Shown: positions 62,601 through 64,000 of the stretch, one piece after another
Layout of the letters: every line of letters starts with the position of its first letter
How positions within the stretch are numbered: position 1 is the first letter of the stretch
Assembly: GCF_000002075.1 (NCBI RefSeq)
Contig: NW_004797845.1
Location: 423,351-487,350, forward strand
Length of the DNA: 64,000 bases
Reading direction: 5' to 3'
DNA from: Aplysia californica
Taxonomy: Eukaryota
The notes under the pieces: model-generated
Seen by the model: only the letters and a program-made list of their open reading frames with translations
What the model was told of the DNA's origin: nothing
The model's database searches: none
Made by a program: the position numbers and the translations under genes

Positions 62601-64000
62601 AGTTCTAGCTATGTTTTCTGGGCCTGGTAGTAAACGACCCTAAAGGCATATAACTTGTAAAACAGACTAGGGAATTTTTCTTTAGTAAACTTGAGGACAG
62701 AGATGATATTGTCTTAGAATCCTTAGCTTTAGATTCTGATTCGGCCGATGATTGAATCAAGAGTGAAAAGCATGAAAGACATAATTCGTAGATCTAAATC
62801 TACAGTGACAGCAAAGAGGATAGATGGAGATAGGGAAGTGAGTGAATATGCTTGGAAATGGAAGGGAAATGAGAAAGCCAAGAGAAGTGAAAATCAAGAG
62901 GATAATGACCTAGATCTAGGTCTAAATCTAAATTTAGACTTGGACAAGCAAGTGCAACTCGGGCGAATTCTGATTCTTTACATCTTTTGGTATTGTCACA
63001 GTGATGTTACAAAATTGATAATAAAATCTGCTAGAATTGCACAATTCCATACCTTTTTGCATGAACATGCAAGGAATTGAAAATAGCATTCATTTCATGA
63101 ATGTAGGGATCTTTTTTTAAAATACAAATTTAATTATTTATATTCAAAGTCGGAAATTTAGTCTTGTCTTTTTAATAGCTCCCATGTGATGGATGTGTTC
63201 TCTAACAAGTATCAATTACAACCTTTGCCTAATCCAATATTTTTTTTTTACACATTTCAATGCTACTTTTTATTAACTTTCAAAATATGTATGACACTAC
63301 CTACTTATTATTTCATTTTACTTATGAAAATCCTTCCCGAACATACACACCTATCATTCATGATCGGATGCACAGAGAAAATCGGTGAAAGCTGGTTTAA
63401 AAATGGGCAGAGAATGAGTTAATAGTATGTTTCTCTTAACTGAAAAAACCCAAACATCTAACAAAGATGTATCTTTTGATGTTGCATTTGGTCATTGTTA
63501 GCTATTTTGGTATCAGGGGCAGTAGTTCAACATTTGTTTGCAAATGAGTATTATCTGTGCAAAATGTTGTCTGCTTAGACTATCAGAGGATGTTTATTTT
63601 TTAAAGTGAAAGCAGTTATAGACCAATGGTGAAGTGTCATGTTGCTTATGTTAATAGGTATCGTCAATAATTAACAATTTTGATAAAAAGTCCACCCTTT
63701 TTTTCCTGTTTTACTGATTTCTTTACAAATTTCTATTGCAATATTCTGCTAAAAAAAATGTTTGATTCCAATCATAAGGCTTTGTTTTTAGAAAAACATT
63801 GTTGCAAAATGTGAGCTGCACTTTGATTTTTTAATTTTCTGTACAATTTTTTCAGAACAAGAGCTTGAGCGGGACAACTTGGCTGTTTTCGAGTCGATAC
63901 CGGAGCGTCAGAACGCTCTGCTAGGGGCCGTGGTACGTTTTGCTGCGGTCACCAGCCAGGTGATGAATCCTGACACCATCAAACAGCATTGTATTCGACT
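13149..64000 (+). CDS. UBR2: E3 ubiquitin-protein ligase UBR1/UBR2 family (N-recognin); multi-exon gene span, 3' end outside window
   Basis: 39 GT-AG exon positions join in one open frame. Motifs: UBR-box ([17 protein letters not shown]...CVLC...H...[14 protein letters not shown]), ClpS-like [26 protein letters not shown], basic [23 protein letters not shown]2 (CILCQE...SCGHVMH...C...YLCPLC). Invertebrates usually have one UBR1/2 co-orthologue, so the symbol is approximate. Confidence 0.97.
14572..15384. mobile_element. Tc1/mariner (pogo/Tigger-type) MITE
   Basis: TA TSD; TIR CAGTGGAACCTG / CAGGTTTGACTG; repeated subterminal GACGGCCACC. Confidence 0.88.
16068..16336 (+). CDS. UBR2: UBR exon 2 (RWKNG...[16 protein letters not shown]), start of UBR-box
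   Basis: tttcAG / GTGAGA; UBR-box motif. Confidence 0.95.
17130..17208 (+). CDS. UBR2: UBR exon 3 ([26 protein letters not shown])
   Basis: cccAG / GTAAGT; UBR-box Cys/His. Confidence 0.96.
17884..18068 (+). mobile_element. Short retroposon family B (~185 bp)
   Basis: 12-bp TSD CCACCTAAGGTG; 3' tail GACCTTTTGCAGTTGCGAGCGCCGTAAAAC plus (AAACTG)n; many copies in the window. Confidence 0.88.
19727..19831 (+). CDS. UBR2: UBR exon 4 ([19 protein letters not shown]...)
   Basis: gtAG / GTGAGT; end of UBR-box. Confidence 0.96.
20957..21157 (+). CDS. UBR2: UBR exon 5 (...[11 protein letters not shown]), ClpS-like N-domain start
   Basis: ttcAG / GTGTCT; ClpS motif. Confidence 0.95.
22004..22165 (+). 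mobile_element. Family B retroposon, degenerate
   Basis: Similar to 17884-18068. Confidence 0.65.
22225..22302 (+). CDS. UBR2: UBR exon 6 (VINTLQRAV...ATIVDRE)
   Basis: ttcAG / GTTAGT; ClpS-like. Confidence 0.95.
22786..22848 (+). CDS. UBR2: UBR exon 7 (GRSCVKSG...RQTIE)
   Basis: gtcAG / GTGAGA. Confidence 0.93.
25687..25750. repeat. (CA)n microsatellite
   Basis: ~32 perfect CA units. Confidence 0.98.
26040..26163 (+). CDS. UBR2: UBR exon 8 ([16 protein letters not shown]...GWLQ)
   Basis: tccAG / GTAAGT; PLKVEV motif. Confidence 0.94.
26495..26608 (+). CDS. UBR2: UBR exon 9 (...ADTRLWK)
   Basis: cacAG / GTCACT; DxxLWK motif. Confidence 0.92.
26750..27180. mobile_element. MITE, uninterrupted sister of the 40943-42998 element
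   Basis: Shares gagttattggtataatcttaaa...aaaatggctg...aagcttgagtg...gagtgcctgatttca with the flanks of the Rex1 LINE. Confidence 0.7.
27473..27509 (+). CDS. UBR2: UBR exon 10 ([11 protein letters not shown]), 37 nt
   Basis: tacAG / GTAGGT; phases fit both neighbours. Confidence 0.88.
28073..28124 (+). CDS. UBR2: UBR exon 11 ([17 protein letters not shown])
   Basis: tacAG / GTAAGA. Confidence 0.9.
28781..29211 (-). mobile_element. tRNA-derived SINE family A, diverged copy
   Basis: Reverse complement similar to 37754-38200. Confidence 0.78.
29842..29940 (+). CDS. UBR2: UBR exon 12a ([33 protein letters not shown]), putative mutually exclusive
   Basis: ttccAG / GTAGGT; 99 nt, phase 0-0; DDH...[11 protein letters not shown] family motif. 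Confidence 0.92.
30795..30893 (+). CDS. UBR2: UBR exon 12b ([33 protein letters not shown]), putative mutually exclusive
   Basis: Long polypyrimidine tract + tAG / GTAGGT; 99 nt, phase 0-0; paralogous to 12a. Confidence 0.88.
31890..32609. mobile_element. Kolobok-like MITE
   Basis: TIR GGGGG..GCTACACC / GGTGTAGCTCCCCCCC followed by TTAA; left target degenerate (TTAG). Confidence 0.65.
33302..33383 (+). CDS. UBR2: UBR exon 13 ([11 protein letters not shown]...)
   Basis: cacAG / GTAAGG. Confidence 0.94.
34812..34890 (+). CDS. UBR2: UBR exon 14 (LGKLSFDR...VLHDLK)
   Basis: cccAG / GTAAGT. Confidence 0.92.
35585..35693 (+). CDS. UBR2: UBR exon 15 (YALVCKP...LLTMIQ)
   Basis: tttAG / GTAAAT. 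Confidence 0.93.
36025..36703 (+). mobile_element. Internally deleted RTE-clade LINE (5'UTR + APE start fused to 3' end)
   Basis: [13 protein letters not shown]...[10 protein letters not shown]...VLYSGH...GVG is an RTE APE N-terminus; jumps to an RTE-like C-terminal W..A.DR..W...GLC segment and (GA)n tail; 12-bp TSD ATCAATGGTTGT. Confidence 0.88.
36786..36972 (+). repeat. Degenerate ~55-bp tandem repeat resembling the exon-16 acceptor; continues at 39236-39300 and 39883-39919
   Basis: Units gacaattgtc..gtg..gtac...AGGGCAT, with AG at 36826, 36880, 36936, 39267 and the true acceptor at 39912. Confidence 0.8.
37022..39108. mobile_element. Non-autonomous CMC/Chapaev-like DNA transposon
   Basis: CACG...CGTG termini; 4-bp TSD TATC (37018-37021; 39109-39112); inverted subterminal blocks TTTTAGTT/AACTAAAA and GGGGTCACGGG/CCCGTGACCCC. 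Confidence 0.75.
37754..38280 (+). mobile_element. Full-length tRNA-derived SINE family A (527 bp)
   Basis: A box TGGCCTAGAGG, B box GGTTCGATTCC; 12-bp TSD AAAGAAATCAGA; tail shared with family B. Confidence 0.92.
39301..39882 (+). mobile_element. Family B retroposon carrying a nested 397-bp retroposon (39420-39816)
   Basis: Outer TSD CTGACAATTGTC (39289-39300; 39883-39894); inner TSD CTAATCTTCG (39410-39419; 39817-39826). Confidence 0.82.
39914..40042 (+). CDS. UBR2: UBR exon 16 ([23 protein letters not shown]...)
   Basis: cttAG / GTGAGT; conserved RQxGQHxExxPEW motif. Confidence 0.95.
40431..40619 (+). mobile_element. Family B retroposon
   Basis: TSD ATCTGAGGT; matches 17884-18068. Confidence 0.88.
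40818..40902 (+). CDS. UBR2: UBR exon 17 (RYLLVEGYK...)
   Basis: ttcAG / GTATAA. Confidence 0.9.
41140..42763 (+). mobile_element. 5'-truncated, frameshifted Rex1/Babar-clade LINE (RT domain)
   Basis: [50 protein letters not shown]; (TATCT)n tail; AAAAT on both sides; inserted in MITE 40943-42998. Confidence 0.92.
43595..43681 (+). CDS. UBR2: UBR exon 18 (...[14 protein letters not shown])
   Basis: ttcAG / GTGAGG; VSIHxPL motif. Confidence 0.94.
44318..44379 (+). CDS. UBR2: UBR exon 19 (LHVHLETHG...)
   Basis: tccAG / GTGAGT. Confidence 0.88.
44671..45453. mobile_element. pogo/Tigger-type MITE inserted in a (TA)n tract inside an older MITE (44544-45553)
   Basis: TIR CATTCGAACCTG / CAGGTTTGACTG flanked by (TA)n; repeated TTCCGT motifs. 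Confidence 0.8.
45928..46080 (+). CDS. UBR2: UBR exon 20 (...LMEPALR...[14 protein letters not shown])
   Basis: tgcAG / GTGAGG; WRRNG motif. Confidence 0.94.
46430..46495 (+). CDS. UBR2: UBR exon 21 ([22 protein letters not shown])
   Basis: ctcAG / GTACAA. Confidence 0.95.
47516..47592 (+). CDS. UBR2: UBR exon 22 (IAASLL...LLNWV)
   Basis: tccAG / GTTAGT. Confidence 0.93.
48215..48495. mobile_element. piggyBac-type MITE
   Basis: TTAA TSDs at 48211 and 48496; TIR CTGTTTCAGTGCC / GGCACTGAAAGGG. Confidence 0.7.
48705..48799 (+). CDS. UBR2: UBR exon 23 ([11 protein letters not shown]...[12 protein letters not shown]); alternative in-phase start at 48663
   Basis: aacAG / GTGAGT; choice of acceptor uncertain. 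Confidence 0.85.
49245..49369 (+). CDS. UBR2: UBR exon 24 (ERYIPGVG...REVIHLLC...AHS)
   Basis: ctcAG / GTAAGT; winged-helix region motif. Confidence 0.94.
49792..49844 (+). CDS. UBR2: UBR exon 25 ([17 protein letters not shown])
   Basis: cacAG / GTAAGT. Confidence 0.93.
50028..50130 (+). CDS. UBR2: UBR exon 26 (KP...[15 protein letters not shown])
   Basis: aacAG / GTATTT; PYFYHY motif. Confidence 0.95.
50311..50652 (-). mobile_element. tRNA-derived CORE-type SINE family C with L2-like tail
   Basis: Reverse complement matches 61362-61722. Confidence 0.82.
51091..51139 (+). CDS. UBR2: UBR exon 27 ([16 protein letters not shown])
   Basis: ttcAG / GTGAGG. Confidence 0.92.
51855..52009 (+). 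CDS. UBR2: UBR exon 28 (LPPPLPP...WSEAQFDR)
   Basis: ttcAG / GTATGT. Confidence 0.95.
52788..53600 (-). mobile_element. 3' fragment of an L2-clade LINE
   Basis: [41 protein letters not shown]; tail GCGCTATGTAAATG + (TTA)n. Confidence 0.9.
53646..53766 (+). CDS. UBR2: UBR exon 29 ([12 protein letters not shown]...)
   Basis: ctcAG / GTGAGA. Confidence 0.93.
53885..54042. other. Assembly gap (158 N) in intron 29
   Basis: N run; flanking exons are phase-compatible, so a missing exon is not required. Confidence 0.99.
54579..54670 (+). CDS. UBR2: UBR exon 30 ([10 protein letters not shown]...KDLLAWVLR)
   Basis: tctAG / GTAATT. Confidence 0.92.
54811..54975 (+). mobile_element. Family B retroposon
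   Basis: Matches 17884-18068. Confidence 0.82.
55238..55408 (-). mobile_element. Family B retroposon (antisense)
   Basis: Reverse complement matches 17884-18068. Confidence 0.85.
55839..56054 (+). CDS. UBR2: UBR exon 31 (basic E2-binding region [28 protein letters not shown])
   Basis: gacAG / GTAAGA. Confidence 0.95.
56604..56797 (+). CDS. UBR2: UBR exon 32 (...TCILCQEE...AMVLSAFVQ), RING start
   Basis: cctAG / GTGAGT. Confidence 0.95.
57356..57496 (+). CDS. UBR2: UBR exon 33 (STVL...[17 protein letters not shown]), RING-H2
   Basis: cccAG / GTAGGC. Confidence 0.96.
58395..58559 (+). CDS. UBR2: UBR exon 34 (...[17 protein letters not shown])
   Basis: tgcAG / GTAGGT; RING end. Confidence 0.96.
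58887..58987 (+). CDS. UBR2: UBR exon 35 ([13 protein letters not shown]...)
   Basis: tttAG / GTAAAG; phases fit. Confidence 0.9.
59577..59688 (+). CDS. UBR2: UBR exon 36 ([11 protein letters not shown]...YVYDDA)
   Basis: gccAG / GTGACC; branch-point-like CTAAC upstream; phases fit. Confidence 0.9.
60625..60685 (+). CDS. UBR2: UBR exon 37 ([20 protein letters not shown])
   Basis: tccAG / GTGAGT. Confidence 0.92.
61229..61316 (+). CDS. UBR2: UBR exon 38 ([29 protein letters not shown])
   Basis: tctAG / GTCAGT. Confidence 0.94.
61362..61722 (+). mobile_element. Full-length tRNA-derived CORE-type SINE family C
   Basis: tRNA head TGGCCTAGTGG / GGTTCGAG; core TGTGTCCTTGGGAAGG...CACCCAGGTG..AATGGGTACC; L2-like tail AAGCGC...GCGCTATACAAATG; partial copy at ~18300-18445. 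Confidence 0.85.
62222..62410 (+). mobile_element. Family B retroposon
   Basis: Matches 17884-18068. Confidence 0.88.
63856..64000 (+). CDS. UBR2: UBR exon 39 (QELERDNL...QHCIR), truncated by window end
   Basis: ttcAG acceptor; open frame to the edge. Confidence 0.9.

Overview
AT-rich animal genomic DNA; the repeat landscape and gene structure suggest a lophotrochozoan, probably a gastropod mollusc (inference only). One large gene dominates the + strand: the UBR1/UBR2-family N-degron E3 ubiquitin ligase. I traced it by hand from ATG 13149 through 39 phase-consistent GT-AG coding exon positions (~1405 codons; UBR-box, ClpS-like N-domain, RING-H2), and it runs off the right edge of the window. 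Most notable points: (1) Two paralogous 99-nt versions of coding exon 12 (29842-29940 and 30795-30893) look mutually exclusive, and each 5' splice site can fold into a hairpin. (2) Intron 15 is a nested-insertion hotspot. It holds an internally deleted RTE retroposon with a perfect TSD and an HDV-ribozyme-like 5' end, a Chapaev-like DNA element whose two ends are offset by about one helical turn, and SINEs inserted into a tandem repeat built from the exon-16 splice acceptor. The remainder is SINEs, LINE fragments (Rex1, L2), MITEs (hAT, Tc1/pogo, piggyBac, Kolobok-like, Harbinger-like) and microsatellites. No rRNA, true tRNA gene or CRISPR array was found.
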